From Chiloscyllium plagiosum (Eukaryota), in contig NC_057719.1 of assembly GCF_004010195.1 (NCBI RefSeq), positions 86,994,274-87,058,273 on the forward strand: a stretch of DNA of 64,000 bases, given 5' to 3'. The notes beneath the pieces were generated by a model that saw only the letters and a program-made list of their open reading frames with translations, did not search any database and had not been told where the DNA came from. Numbering within the stretch: the first letter of the stretch is position 1; each line of letters opens with the position of its first letter. Both the position numbers and the translations under genes were made by a program. Shown piece by piece: positions 49,972 through 62,392 of this stretch.

Positions 49972-50868
49972 GTAAGATTTATGATGTATTTGAGTTTAGA
50001 ATCATCTCAAACTGCTGCACGTCTTGCTCTGAGCATCAGAGCTTTAGATGACTTCCATTAGCAATAGTAACTAATTGTATGGAGCTTCATTTTTGTTTTA
50101 TCTCTTTATTATCCAAGTTAAACATATCTCCCTGCCCCTTTCATCCAGTAGATTACTTGCTGTCATTTGGCATAAATTTCACACCGTTGTTACAAAAATC
50201 AGATGTCTAACTGACTAAGGTGTAATAAGGACTAAATGTAAAGTCAAGCTCTCTGCACTGCCATCCTACATTCTCTGCGTAGGCACAGTATAAGCATACT
50301 CCCAATATTGATGTCCAACCATTTGGAAAGAGGCTGCATAGAAAACCTCATGCACAAAATTGTTGAAATGATGTACTGATGGCCATGGCAATAATAGGCT
50401 AATCAAAGTCCCTGGTTCACACAGACCTTCAATCACAACCAAATTCCTCTCAATTTCAAATTCAAACTGCCTTGCCCTATTCTCTGCAGACTATGTACAT
50501 GCTAATTCTCAATGCTTGCCTAATTTCTCACCCCAATATATAAACAGATTGAGCAACCTTTTCTGGTTGCACAGGCTGTAAATCATTAAATAGCCAGAGC
50601 TGAGTACAAATCTAAATCAGATTTGTGCATAAACTGGAACTGACCATGGTTGCTTTGGCTGAATTGAAGAGAGAGAATTTGGCTGTTTGTCTAATACTTC
50701 AGTACTGCCTTCTTATAACTTTGGACTAAGAACACTCCCTTTCACTCATATTCAGGTACCTGAGGTGAAGGCTGTTGAACCCTTAATGCAAAAAAAAAGT
50801 ATTTTAATGAATCTGTTTGTTTAACTGAATTTAGTGCACGTTTACTGACTGACTTGATTCTTATGCAG

Positions 50869-50964
50869 AGAGAAAATATTTGGGGTCCATTTCTAATCAT
50901 CTCTCCTGCCTCCACACTGAACAACTGGCATCAGGAATTCTCCAGATTTGTTTCACGATTCAAG
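50869..50964 (+). CDS. INO80: INO80 coding exon 13 (RENIWGPFLIISPASTLNNWHQEFSRFVSRFK)
   Basis: atgcag acceptor; AAG|gtaatg; SNF2 motif Ia. Confidence 0.96.
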
Positions 50965-51321
50965 GTAATGTAAAGGACTCTGCAGTGCTGGTGTATAAGA
51001 AATTAAATTTTGTAATCTTAGAATGTTATGGACATCCCTATTGCATTTAGAACTCTCAAGTTGGAGATGTCCATCTGTCAGTGCTAAAGGAATTTGTGCA
51101 GATTCAGCACTTCTGTTATTGTCCAGGCTTTCTTTGTAGTCTGAATTCTGACATAGATATGGATGCATTTTATAGGTTGCATTCCAAATATTATGATTCT
51201 TTTATGACAAATAGTGGTCAAACAAGACTGTGTAGTTTGTGACTGAGCTATGCCAGTAACGAGCCAGAACCAGGCTTTGCCAGGTGCTGTCAGGACCCAT
51301 CCTCTGGAATGAGATAAATGC

Positions 51322-51614
51322 AATGGCCTAGTAGTATCATTGTTACATGGTTAATCCAGAGACCCAGGTCATGTTCTGGCACCTGGGTTCGATTCCTGCC
51401 ATGGCAGATGGTGGAATTTGAATTCAGTAAAAACCTGGAATTAAGAGTCCGATAATTACCATGAATTCATTGTTGGCAAAGCTCATCTGGCTCACTAATG
51501 CCTTTGAGTGAGGAAAGTTGCCATCCTTACCTGATCTGGCTTCGATGTGACTCCAGGCTCTCAACAATGCGCCTGACTCTTTGCTGCCTTCTGGATAATT
51601 AGGGATACGCAATA
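51322..51614 (+). mobile_element. tRNA-derived SINE (family B) whose tail is displaced to 53902-53947
   Basis: Collinear with 7260-7608 up to agggatacgcaata, then stops. Confidence 0.78.
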
Positions 51615-52109
51615 GTGAGTTTTGAGAAGATTTGTAGCTCAGGTAGAGACATAAAGGTTTGGCAAGTGACAAGAGTGCAAGTTGCTTGAGAAAGAATATT
51701 GAAGACAATATTAAGAAAGGGATATTAGAGGCTTTGTAGAGCATGTGAGATAGACAACGTTAAGTTGGATAATCAAGAGTATGGGGATCAAACAGAAGAG
51801 TGAGGTTAGAGTCACTAGGCAGTGACACATACGTGAAAAGAGTGCAACATTATAAAAGAATGGAAAGCTAGCAGGAGGGCAGTATTAGATTAAATAGGGT
51901 ATCAGCAGACCAGCATTATGACTACAGGCTGCTGTTGTACTAAATGACATTAATGGCTGCGTGGAGTGAGGAAAGTGGAATTGGACTGGGTGCTTTATGC
52001 ATATGTTCAATACATGATATAGTTTGTTCAGAGGAATACCTGATCGTTCTACCCATCAACATCGGAATTAGCAGAAATTCATCATGATGCCCATCCATAA
52101 ATCAATTGC

Positions 52110-52400
52110 TCTGAGGGGGTACTGTACAGTCAGTCAGAGATCATATCTTCTGATCAGAATGTTAAACAACGACTCTGACCTAACAATGCCAATTATCCCA
52201 TGGACCTATTTTGAAGAACAAGTGTTCTGACAACTATTTTTCATTCATCCAATACTCATTTGAGCATTAACCTCATTGAAAATTTGCTGATTGTACAAAG
52301 GCTGCTACGTTTCTATGCACTTTCAAAAATAATTAACTAGCTATTGAAGATATTCATGCACCCCCAAGGTCAAGAGGAGCATTATATAGAAAAGAAGCAC
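52110..52400 (+). mobile_element. Degenerate Deu-domain SINE
   Basis: atcccatggacctattttgaagaa plus L2-like tail; resembles 7050-7755. Confidence 0.55.
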
Positions 52401-53201
52401 TTTGTTGGCTTTTCACCAGAGGATATTGGGACCTTTTGCAAAGAAGAAATACATTTGAATCACAAAAAAAGGACAGCAAAATCACACGCAAGCTAAATTT
52501 ATAAACAGAGCAATTATGTTGGTGTCTTTTGTGAAATCTCATCTGTCTGAAACTGAGTGAGATTGAGCAAGTCACTCGGAAACCAGTGAACAAGGCTTAA
52601 AATCTATGCCTAGCATAGCTTCTATTTTCAATTGGTCATTTTATAATTCCTGACTGTGCCACCATGATCTTAAACATAATACTTTGTACTATATTTTTTG
52701 CACAGGAGCTAACAAATGTGCCCCTTTCTGTCGAGGGGACAAAGGATGAGGAAAAAAAAAACTGAGTTCAATAACTTTAGGGTCTGAACACCTTCTTTGA
52801 TGTCCTTTTCCCACCCACCCATCCCTGTCACTGTCATCAGTTACAAACAGTTCTGAGGAAGGGTCACTGGACCTTAAACATTAAATCTGTTTTCTCTCCA
52901 AACCGGAGTTTGTTTTTGTTGAAGAATTAGAGGATGTCTTCACTTTTTGAATACCAGCAGTCAGATTCCAGATTACTCCCAGCATGCATGCTTACAGACA
53001 TTTACAATAAAGTGGTTAGTAATGCAATACTGCCACCTGGTGCTAGCACTGTTCAGAAAACCAGACATAACAACAGTTATCTCAAGCTCCTGATACGTCT
53101 AAACATATAATCTGGTCAAACGATGAACACGATGCACAAACGTTTTTTAAAAAGTTTCATTCATGGAATATGGGCTAGGCCAGTATTTATTGTCTATCCC
53201 T

Positions 53202-53901
53202 TTTAGGTGTAGGTTTTCTCGCCGAGCTGAAAGGTTCATTTCCAGGCGTTTCGTTACCTTACTAAATATCATCTTCAGTGGACCTCATGCGAAGCAATGC
53301 TGAAAATTCCTGCTTTCTATTTATATGTTTGGGTTTCTTTGGATTGATGTCATTTCCTGTGGTGAAGTCACTTCCTGTTCCTGTTAGCGGTCTAACTCGA
53401 TGTGTTTGTTGATAGCGTTCCGGTTAGAATGCCATGCTTTTAGGAGTTCTTGTGCGTGTCTTTGCTTGGCTTGTCCTAGGATGGATATATTGTCCCTCAT
53501 CCATATGTGAGGATACTAGTGAGAGAGGGTCATGTCTTTTTGTGGCTAGTTGGTGTTCATGTATCCTGGTGGCTAGTTTTCTGCCGTTGGTTTGTCTGTA
53601 AGTTTTGTTGTTAAAGGTGAAGTGGGTGGTAAGGCATAGATCCACTAGCTTGATGATATTTTCCATACACCAAACACCACTAACTTCATCAACTTTACAA
53701 ATACTGTGCAAGGACTGTAACAAATACAACATTGGACAAACAGGCAATGACATCACCAATCCAAAGAAACCCAAACATATAAATAGAAAGCAGGAGTTTT
53801 CAACATTGCTTCGCCTGAGGTCCACTGAAGATGTTACCTAGTAAGGTAACGAAACATCTGGAAATGAACCTTTCAGCTCAGCGAGAAAACCTACATCTAA
53901 A
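53202..53901. mobile_element. Penelope-like element remnant with inverted terminal repeats
   Basis: Minus strand LCLTTHFTFNNKTYRQTNG (RT) and RKLATRIHEHQLATKRHDPLS (GIY-YIG region); plus strand CKDCNKYNIGQTG; hammerhead cores in both arms. Confidence 0.85.
53822..53861 (+). ncRNA. Minimal hammerhead ribozyme motif (degenerate mirror copy at 53242-53281, minus strand)
   Basis: cca-CUGAAGA-u-guuacc(uaguaa)gguaac-GAAA-ca-UC-ugg. Confidence 0.6.
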
Positions 53902-54094
53902 AGGGATAGACAATAAATACTGGCCTAGCCCATATTCCATGAATGAAGCTTTTTAAAAAACGTTTGTGCATAGTGTTCACTGTACATCATTTGACCAGAT
54001 TATATGTTTAGACGTATCAGGAGCTTGAGGTTTCTGTTGTTCTGCCTGGTTTTCTGAATAGTGCTGACACCAGGTGGCAGTATTGCATTGCTAA

Positions 54095-54525
54095 GTTAAA
54101 AGTCACACAACACCAGGTTATAGTCCAACGGTTTAATTGGAAGCACACTAGCTTTCGGAGCGACGCTCCTTCATCAGGTGATAGTGGAGGGCTCAATCCT
54201 CTCAGAATTTATAGCAAAGATTTATAGTGTGATGTAACTGAAATTATACATTGAAAAATTGATTGTCTGTTAAGCCTTTCATCTGTTAGAATACCATCGT
54301 AGTTTCACTTCTTTCATGTGTAAATCACAAAACCTTTTTTTTTAAAAAGGTGTGTGTCTGTCTGTCTGGGTTGGGGGTTGAGAGTGTGAGAATATGTGTG
54401 TGTGTCTGTGTGTGTGTGTGTGTGTGTATATACAGAGTGTCTTAAGTCTGTGAAAGGGTGTGTGTGGGTGTCTGTGTGCGCGTCTGTTTGTGTTTTTCCG
54501 TGTGTATAGGAGTGCCTGTGTGTGC
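54095..54525 (-). mobile_element. 3' end of a second Penelope-like family, with (TG)n tract and hammerhead
   Basis: Minus strand cacctgatgaaggagcgtcgctccgaaagctagtg...gttggactataacctggtgttgtgtgac. Confidence 0.75.
54146..54180 (-). ncRNA. Minimal hammerhead ribozyme motif
   Basis: cac-CUGAUGA-a-ggagc(guc)gcucc-GAAA-gc-UA-gug: all core boxes present, stems I and II pair. Confidence 0.7.
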
Positions 54526-55052
54526 AGGAAATTGAAGTCACCCATTAAAACAACTCTTGTGCACCTTTCTGAAATCTGCCTGCCAATCTTCTGCTCCACA
54601 TCTCTCTTGGGAGTTTGCTACAGACGCATCCTCCCCCCCGCCCCCCATTAGCAACAGTGACTGTGTTCCTTTCCAGTTTGACTTCCACCCATCCTGACTC
54701 TTTAGACAAACCTGCCTTGATGACCTCCCTTTGTGCCACTGTCCCATCTCTATTACCTTCCTCCCTATTCCTTTTGAAACATTTAAACCCTGGAACGTCC
54801 AACAACCATTCCTGCCCCGGTGATATCCAAGTCACAGCAATGACCATAACATTGTAGTTCCAACTCGTGATCCATGCTCTAAGTTCATCACCCTTATTCC
54901 TGATGCAATTTGCATTAAAATATACACATTTCAACCCATCACACTGACTGCATCTTTGCCCCCTATCAAGTGCCTATCCCACCTCAGATTCTCTGCATGC
55001 TGTATCTAGCTGTTCAGTACCTACTCCATCAATTGATCCGTGGCTCTGCCTC

Positions 55053-55098
<46 letters not shown>

Positions 55099-55690
55099 CC
55101 CGCCAATCTAGTTTAAACCCTGCTGAAGAGCTCTAGCATAGTTCTTACCCAGAATATTGGTGCCCATCTGGTTTAGGTGCAACCCATCCTTCTTGTACTG
55201 GTCTCACCTTCCCCAGAAGGTATCCCAATGATCCACATATCAGAAGCCTTCCCTCCTACACCAGCCCTGCAGCTAGGTGTTCAGCTGCACTCGTTATCTG
55301 TTCCTAGCCTCACTCGTACGTGGCGCTGTTAGAAATCCTGAGATTACTACTCTGGCCATCCTGCCTTCTAGCTTTCACCCTAGCTCCCTATAATTCTGTT
55401 TTTCAGGTCCTCCTCCCTTTCGCTATCTGTCATTGGTACTGATGTGTACAGCAGCTTTTGGCTCCCTTCTCCTTTATAGAATCCTGTAGACTCTATCCAA
55501 GACATCACTGACCCTGGAACCCAGGAGGCAACACACCACCCAGGAGTCTTGTTTGCAATCTCAGAATCTCCTGTCTGTTCCTCTTATCACTGATTATCCT
55601 ATCACTTGCTCTCCTTTTCTCCCCACTTCCCTTCTGAGCCACAGAGCCAGGCTCAATGCCTGAACCCTGACCACTGAGGCTTTCCCTTGC
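54526..55690 (-). mobile_element. CR1 fragment spanning ORF1 3' half and ORF2 endonuclease start
   Basis: MKCVYFNANCIRNKGDEL, VVLMGDFNF, esterase region; poly-C at 55054-55097. Confidence 0.85.
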
Positions 55691-55795
55691 AAGACTTTGC
55701 TTTACATTTTACTCACTAACTTATATTTTTTTGATATGCTAAGTGTTGCAGAGGGTAACTTCTGAAATATTCACTTTTTTTCCTTCCACTTTTAG

Positions 55796-55855
55796 GTGTT
55801 GCCTTACTGGGGGAACCCACATGACAGAAAGGTGATCAGGAAGTTCTGGAGCCAG
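55796..55855 (+). CDS. INO80: INO80 coding exon 14 (VLPYWGNPHDRKVIRKFWSQ)
   Basis: tttag acceptor; CAG|gtaag. Confidence 0.96.
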
Positions 55856-56202
55856 GTAAGATTTACTCAACTCCTTCTGCTTGATGTCCACTTGATACTT
55901 AACTTACGAAGAGGTATGGATCCCTGGTATGTGAGCTGGTCCGTGTGGCGTATAATCCATTTCCTCCCACAAAACTCATTGCACTGCTCACCACCTGATA
56001 ATTTTTAATTAAAAATGGCCAGGCATATCCAATATTAATATCTACTGAGTTCAACCTGGAAGTGTTCTCGAGCAATTGCTGATCCAAAGGTGCCTCTGTC
56101 ATATCCCCTGTCTTCATTTCAATGTGTTCTGCCATGAACTTTCATAGAATCAGTCCATACTCATGAGCAAAGTACTGCAATTGTTTGCCATACTTTGGTT
56201 CT

Positions 56203-56270
56203 TGATGAAGGGCTTTTGCCCAATACATCGATTTTCCTGCTCCTCTAATGCTACCTGACCTGCTGTGCTT
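56203..56270 (+). mobile_element. Decayed PLE terminal-repeat fragment related to 3141 and 13397
   Basis: tgatgaagggcttttgccc...cctgacctgctgtgcttttccagca. Confidence 0.6.
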
Positions 56271-57104
56271 TTCCAGCACCACTCTAATCTAAAATTTGCC
56301 ATTCCCTGCTTTAGGATGGCTGACTAGGAAAAACTCTCTTGCTGTTACTGCTTGCCATTAGGTGTGTTTGAAAGTTGACAATCAACTTGTTCAGCTACAT
56401 GATGAATTTTCCTTCCTGGCCAACAAGTCGTCTTGTGGGATTTGAGCTATGAGCTTCTGCATGTGTCCTTCGATTCTAAATAGTGAAGCAGAAAGATATC
56501 CATGTGTTAGCACTGGCATTGTGGCCTCTGCTAGACAAGAGAGATATGGTGGGAATAGTTTGCAAGAGGCAAGCCATAGTGACTCACCTGATCCCATCTT
56601 GACTTGTATCAAATTACATTTACACAGCTGCCATATGCTTGCTGGCCGACAGCACTCCTGGTGCACTCATACCTCAGTTTGAAGTTGTAATCCTGATGGT
56701 CTTGCTGCTTTGCAGCCCTGCAAATTCTCATGTTCTTGATCCACCTCTCGGGGTACTTGCTTTTTATCCCTCCTACTTCACCTCCATTGGTGCCTTCTCC
56801 ATTGAGTTCCTGAGTTCTAGAATTTCTTCTCATAATCTGTCCTCCTTTCTCTGCACTTGTGCTTCTTATAAGTCCAAGTAGTATAATGTCTCAATCAAAA
56901 GCTAGGAGGAATGGGTAGGAAACAGTTGAGGCAAATATTTGTGTTGATTGGCAGCGCAGTCTCAAGAGCCCATATCTTCTGATCAGATGGTCCTCCTCAA
57001 GAGGTTGTCTTCTCTCCCTGTTTGTTCTGAGTTGTTGACCAGACTTTGAATCACCTGCCCTGACACCTTTTTTGATGAACTTGGTGTCAGATTGTTCGTT
57101 GAAG

Positions 57105-57262
57105 TAGATTTGATTAGATTCCCTACAGTGTGGAAACAAGCCCTTCAGCCCAGCAAGTCCACATCGACCTTCCGAAGAACCTCGACCTATTTCCCTCTGA
57201 CTAATGCATCTAACCCTATGGACAGTTTAGCATAGCCAATTCACCTGACCTGCACATCCTTC
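57105..57262 (-). mobile_element. V-SINE 3' half
   Basis: attagattccctacagtgtggaaaca...ccaattcacctgacctgcacatc. Confidence 0.8.
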
Positions 57263-58568
57263 GACTTTGGACTTTGAGATGCTTTAAAGCTGCTACGTAA
57301 ATGTAGTACTGGTAACTCCAAGTTTGAATTTTAATTCAGCATGTAGCAAGTTGAGGAATTGAAGCCAGTGCATCTACTTTTGGGCTGCTACCATAAAAGG
57401 TAATTTATGTGAAGTTACTGAAAACTCCAGTCTCTCACTGGCTGGAATGCTGTTTGGGGGGTCAGTGTGGACTCTGAGCTGAATGGCCTGCTCGCACACT
57501 AGCGATTTGGAGAGAGATGAGACATGGAGGGTGACTAAGAAAAAGAGCAAGGGTTAAGAAAATGATTAGATGAGTCAATGCACTTGTGTCAGGATACAGA
57601 TGATAAAATATGAAGATGGTCGATTCTGCTGTCCTGGAATTGCTGAAGTTTATCATAAGCCAGATAGCTTCAGTTGTCCCTTTACACGATTGTCTCATTG
57701 TTGGTCAAGACATAGTAGTTGGTCGATGTGCTAAATCATAATGTACAAAAATGTTACCTGTAGCTGATATTCTTACCCATTTCTTGGGGAGGCTGAGTGT
57801 GAGACCAACCAGTAGGGTAGCAGAACTTTGAGTGAGTTGCACTTCTCTGAAGTCGTGGACTTGGGAATTAAGCAAGTAGAATGTTGGTGTAATTTCATCT
57901 GAATGCAGCAGGTACGAACAATGATTTTGGTGGCAGTGAGATTACAAAGGTGATGGTAAGGATAGTTTTACCATGTCCAAAATGATCAGTCTTTATGAAT
58001 AGCATTTGAAGTTAGTAGCTGAATTCAGAGTTAAACTGTGTGAGATTTCAGTCTGTTGGATGTTGCTATGGACGTGGCAGGATTCAGGTGCTTCACCATG
58101 TAGAGTTTCCTCAGTCTTGCTGATGTTGAATTGGACTCTAAGCAATTGAACAACTTGCTTGAGGAATCAAGGGATAGTCATGAGTTTGATCGGGCTAACC
58201 TTGGTATACATTGTATAAACCGAACTCTGGCCAAGGGCTATGGCAGTCAGGAGCGATGTGCTTGCTAAGGAAAAAATGGGTGGATGGTCTGTCTCAAGTT
58301 GCATGCAGTATTACTACACGGTACTCCCTGGTACAGTTAAAGCTAAATGTTCTTTTCTGTTAAGGCTGTGAATGAAATTGCTGCATGTTGTCAAACAGTC
58401 CTATCATCTATGGCAGCTGGGTGGTTTCCAAGTTCAATAATATGTGTTGCCATTGGGTGGCTTGGGGGCATTGTGAGGTGGTTCATTTTGTCTGCAGCCA
58501 CATTGTAATTTTTTACTGACATTGACAATTAGTTTTCCATAACTTCTCTTGCCTCTTTTTGGTTTTAG

Positions 58569-58711
58569 AAAACATTGTACACCCAAAATGCACCATTCCA
58601 TGTGGTGATAACCAGTTACCAGCTGGTGGTTCAGGATGTGAAATACTTTCAGCGGGTGAAATGGCAGTATATGGTGCTAGATGAGGCCCAGGCACTCAAA
58701 AGCAGCTCCAG
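58569..58711 (+). CDS. INO80: INO80 coding exon 15, Walker B DEAQ ([18 protein letters not shown]...[12 protein letters not shown])
   Basis: ttttag acceptor; AG|gtaaac; DEAQ motif. Confidence 0.96.
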
Positions 58712-59385
58712 GTAAACCACTAATTAAAATCCTTGTGTATTTATCAGGTTCTGACTTGCGGACTGGATAGCAGGTACACAACTCAGAGTGCACATATTGA
58801 CACGTACTGGGGGAAGTGTACAGTTTTCATTTCTGCTTGTTGGTACAGAGCCTTGTGTCTCTGAAGTCAAGTTATTCCCACTTTGTCCAAGTAGATGAGG
58901 TTACTTGTGCAGAGCTTTTATCCAGCAAAGACGCTAAATTTTGCTATCCTTGAATGAATGGCTGAAATTGTATCCAGTCTATATAACTTTGAATATCCAT
59001 TTGCATTTTGGTCTTATTGAAGGCCAAAACAGTCGTTGGAAGACCTGCTAAATCATAGCTGAAGAAAATATTTCCACATGTCTAGCTGATATTTCTACCC
59101 ACTTCCTGTGGAGATTGATTCACTTCTTCCTAACTGACAATTGATGTCTGTCTCGTTGCTTCATAAGGTTAACAGTACTAGATGCAATGTATTCTTACTT
59201 GAATCAATATTTTGCTTTTTTATTTTCATGTTCTCCTTGATTGGTTTTAGAATAGAGAGCAATCATTTTGATGAGTTCTTCCCAGGAACATGACTAACTG
59301 ACTGCACTATGTGCAGAGGTTGTGAATGGTTTAGGTGTTTTGCACATGAATTTTTGTTTTCTCAGTTCTTCTCTGCTTTTCGCAG

Positions 59386-59470
59386 TGTTCGTTGGAAGAT
59401 TTTGCTGCAGTTTCAGTGCCGGAACCGATTGCTGCTGACAGGGACTCCTATTCAGAACACTATGGCAGAG
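59386..59470 (+). CDS. INO80: INO80 coding exon 16 ([28 protein letters not shown])
   Basis: cgcag acceptor; GAG|gtcagt; motif III TGTPIQN. Confidence 0.96.
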
Positions 59471-60167
59471 GTCAGTAAGGTCAAGGACCCCTACACATGA
59501 TAGCTATGTTATCACAGGTGCTTACAGGCAACTGTATCTAGGATGCATGTTGGAAAAATCACATTTTAAGCCAAGAAATTTCTTTGGGACAACGAGCAAC
59601 TTATGTTCTTTTTGTGATTTTTGATAGAAGTACTTTGAAATAACGGTACAGGGTAGACAGAAGTAGACTGTTTCCAATGGCTGAGGAGTCATGAATATAA
59701 AATTTGTAACTACTTTGATTCCCCTAGTGAGGCTGTGATCCGGATTGCATCTGTCTATCATCCTTGTCCTGTGGGATTGTAATGCTCTTCATGTAGGCCT
59801 GTCTGTCCTCCCTGGATTATATTGTTCTTCTTACCGTGTGGTCCTTACTTGTCCCAAACACACTCTGAGCTCCTCACAGAAGTATGAATCAGCCCAATTA
59901 GTTCACTTTTAACCAAGGTGGTTCATCTTGCTGCTGAGCTCCTCATTCTTTCTGGCTGTTGTGTTCTGCTGTTAGATGGTTGGGATATATATCGTGAAAA
60001 GTGGGTGTCAGAAAAATGCTGACGTTATGTCTATTGAAAGTGAATATCTTGTGTTAATACTGTTAGTACATGTCAACTGTGGTAGAGGAGTTTGTAATAA
60101 ATGAGGAATTTATCACTACTATGAAAAGCTTTCATTTTTCTTTTTGCTTTATTGTTTCTTACTTCAG

Positions 60168-60285
60168 TTGTGGGCGCTGTTGCACTTTATCATGCCGACT
60201 CTCTTTGATTCCCATGATGAATTCAATGAGTGGTTTTCCAAAGATATTGAAAGCCATGCTGAGAACAAGTCTGCCATCGATGAGA
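60168..60285 (+). CDS. INO80: INO80 coding exon 17 ([39 protein letters not shown])
   Basis: ttcag acceptor; A|gtaagt. Confidence 0.96.
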
Positions 60286-60817
60286 GTAAGTGCTATTTTG
60301 CAATATTCATTGCTGTTTTATTGTGCACACTCCCTAAAACCACTGTTTCTTGGGCAATCCAGCAGAATCTGTTCATTCCTCTTGGAATGGGTAACACTGC
60401 ATTTTTCTGCTGACCTATCTGGAATCAGTAGTGTATAGCTTTTGTGCCACCATGTTTTCAAGGACATCTGACATGTTTAGAATCTGTACCCTCTGTGGTA
60501 TCAGCATGATGGTACGTTCTGGAGTTAGTATCCTCAGACTCTGTCTCCCTGAAATCTGTATTTTTGGTTTCTTTGGGGAGTAAATGTTGCTCGTTCTCCT
60601 GTTATCATTTTTACAAACTTTCTCCATGCATATCTAAAGAAAACCTTGAGAGGAAGCACACTAGTAAAATTTGAGAGCAATGCTCTATTGGAACTAGAGG
60701 GGTATCTGTCGTGGGAGCATTATTTATTTGAATCAAGAAAAAAAACAATTCCCCAACCCAGTTCTTTTTTTTTGATAGACTAAAATTACCAAGCTCCATT
60801 CTCACTACATTTTAAGA

Positions 60818-60863
60818 TGTCTGTCTCGGTGTCTGTCTCGGTGTCTGTCTCGGTGTCTGTCTC
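60818..60863. repeat. 12-bp minisatellite (tgtctgtctcgg), ~3.8 copies
   Basis: Direct reading. Confidence 0.9.
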
Positions 60864-61712
60864 ATTTACTAATAATTTGCTTGTATGTTTACTTCAAGAT
60901 ACTTTCACAGTAACTTAATCAACAACTTTGTTCTCCTTTGGGTGAAAAATGTTTCCCATGACCTCTAGTTTGTTAAAATCCATAGAGACTACCTTCAAGC
61001 AGAAGCTGAACTAGACAAGCCATACAAAGTTTGTCCCATAGATGGGAATAACATCGCCTGCAAAGCTACGCACATCATGACTTGGAAGTAATCGCTGTTC
61101 CTCTCTGTTGCTGTGTCAAAATCCTAGAATCGCCCAGGATTGGGTGTACCTCCACCACATGGACTGCAGCAGTTCAAGGTGGCTCACCACCATCATCTTG
61201 AGGGCAGTTTGGAATTTTCTGACCTAACCAGCAATGCGTATATCCATGAAAATATTTTTTTAAAGCCTGTTTTTACTTTGAACTGGTGCTGGTCAAACCC
61301 CCATCTCGGTATCCCAAATTGATTTATTTTCTTATTGAATAAGCAGTATCCGAATGCGCTGCAAACTCCCAAATTAGTGGGATTAATCTTGATAGTTTGT
61401 TCTTGACACAATAGGGTAAAGTTAGGGAGCTTTGCAATTGGTTCTGAGGTGGTCACTTCTATAGCTGAACTTTTTTCCGGTTCTCCTTTTATGGGGGTGT
61501 TAAATATTTTGGAGTTTTGGTTTGTTGTCTGTGCGATGAGCCCCATTTGGTTGCACACACCTTTGCAGATCAATTCTGTAGAGTCCGCAACCCAGTGTGA
61601 GCTGATCTGGGTTGTCGTCCATGGGAATATTTTCAAGTTGGCCACCTGATGATTGTATTGTTAAAGCAAAATGCAGCTAATGCAGTTGTTTCTTGCCTCC
61701 CTTAATTTGCAG

Positions 61713-61798
61713 ACCAGCTGTCACGTCTGCACATGATTCTCAAACCTTTCATGCTGAGGAGGATCAAAAAGGATGTGGAGAATGAGCTCTCAGATAAG
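61713..61798 (+). CDS. INO80: INO80 coding exon 18 ([29 protein letters not shown])
   Basis: ttgcag acceptor; AAG|gtaaag; conserved [13 protein letters not shown]. Confidence 0.96.
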
Positions 61799-62392
61799 GT
61801 AAAGTTGAGTTGCTGTATTTTTTTTGCTCCAGTCACTCTGGCAACATATCTTCGATTAGCCACCTGTAGTTCAAACATTGATGACTCCTGAGTGCTAAGC
61901 TCCACAGGCAACTAATTCAGTTTGTTTGCCTATTGTTTCCTGCTGCTCAATTGGTACTGATTCACATTTGCTTCAAGTCTTCATTATTGTCCATTCTACC
62001 TATTGGCTGCAGTTTTTCATATGGAAGCTAAAATTAATTTATTAGCTATCTGACCAGGGATTGTGTTGCAGTTATGGTTTGTTTATTGTAACATCGAGAG
62101 GCAGGCACTTCGAGCAAAAATGTTGGATGATTTTTTGTCCCCCTTGTTGGTTGTTGAACACTGACACCAATTTATATTGACTGAGATTTTCACAGGCTAA
62201 GAATGAAGTCAAGTCTTGTACAGTCTAATACCAAAATGAAGCAGTGCTGTCAGGGGACAACAAGTATCTCCAGTTTTTTTTCGTTAGAGTTATAATTGCA
62301 GAATTGCTGCTAACTAATATTAGATCTTGGGTGAAATTGGAAAGAGTTCTGAAAACAGCAATGCAGCTGACTTGAGATTTTTGGCAAAGTTT

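Larger units (their letters stand above)
53016..54094. repeat. Long inverted repeat: arms 53016-53360 and 53740-54094
   Basis: The arms align as reverse complements over ~345 bp with scattered mismatches and indels. Confidence 0.92.

Noticed and set aside
54314..54599. His/Thr-rich ORFs
   Set aside because: They are translations of the (TG)n/(CA)n tract.
60818..60863. CRISPR-like repeat array
   Set aside because: A spacer-less 12-bp minisatellite in a vertebrate intron.
61698..61712. tcccttaat resembling a U12 branch site before coding exon 18
   Set aside because: It lies too close to the AG, and the upstream donor is U2-type gtaagt.
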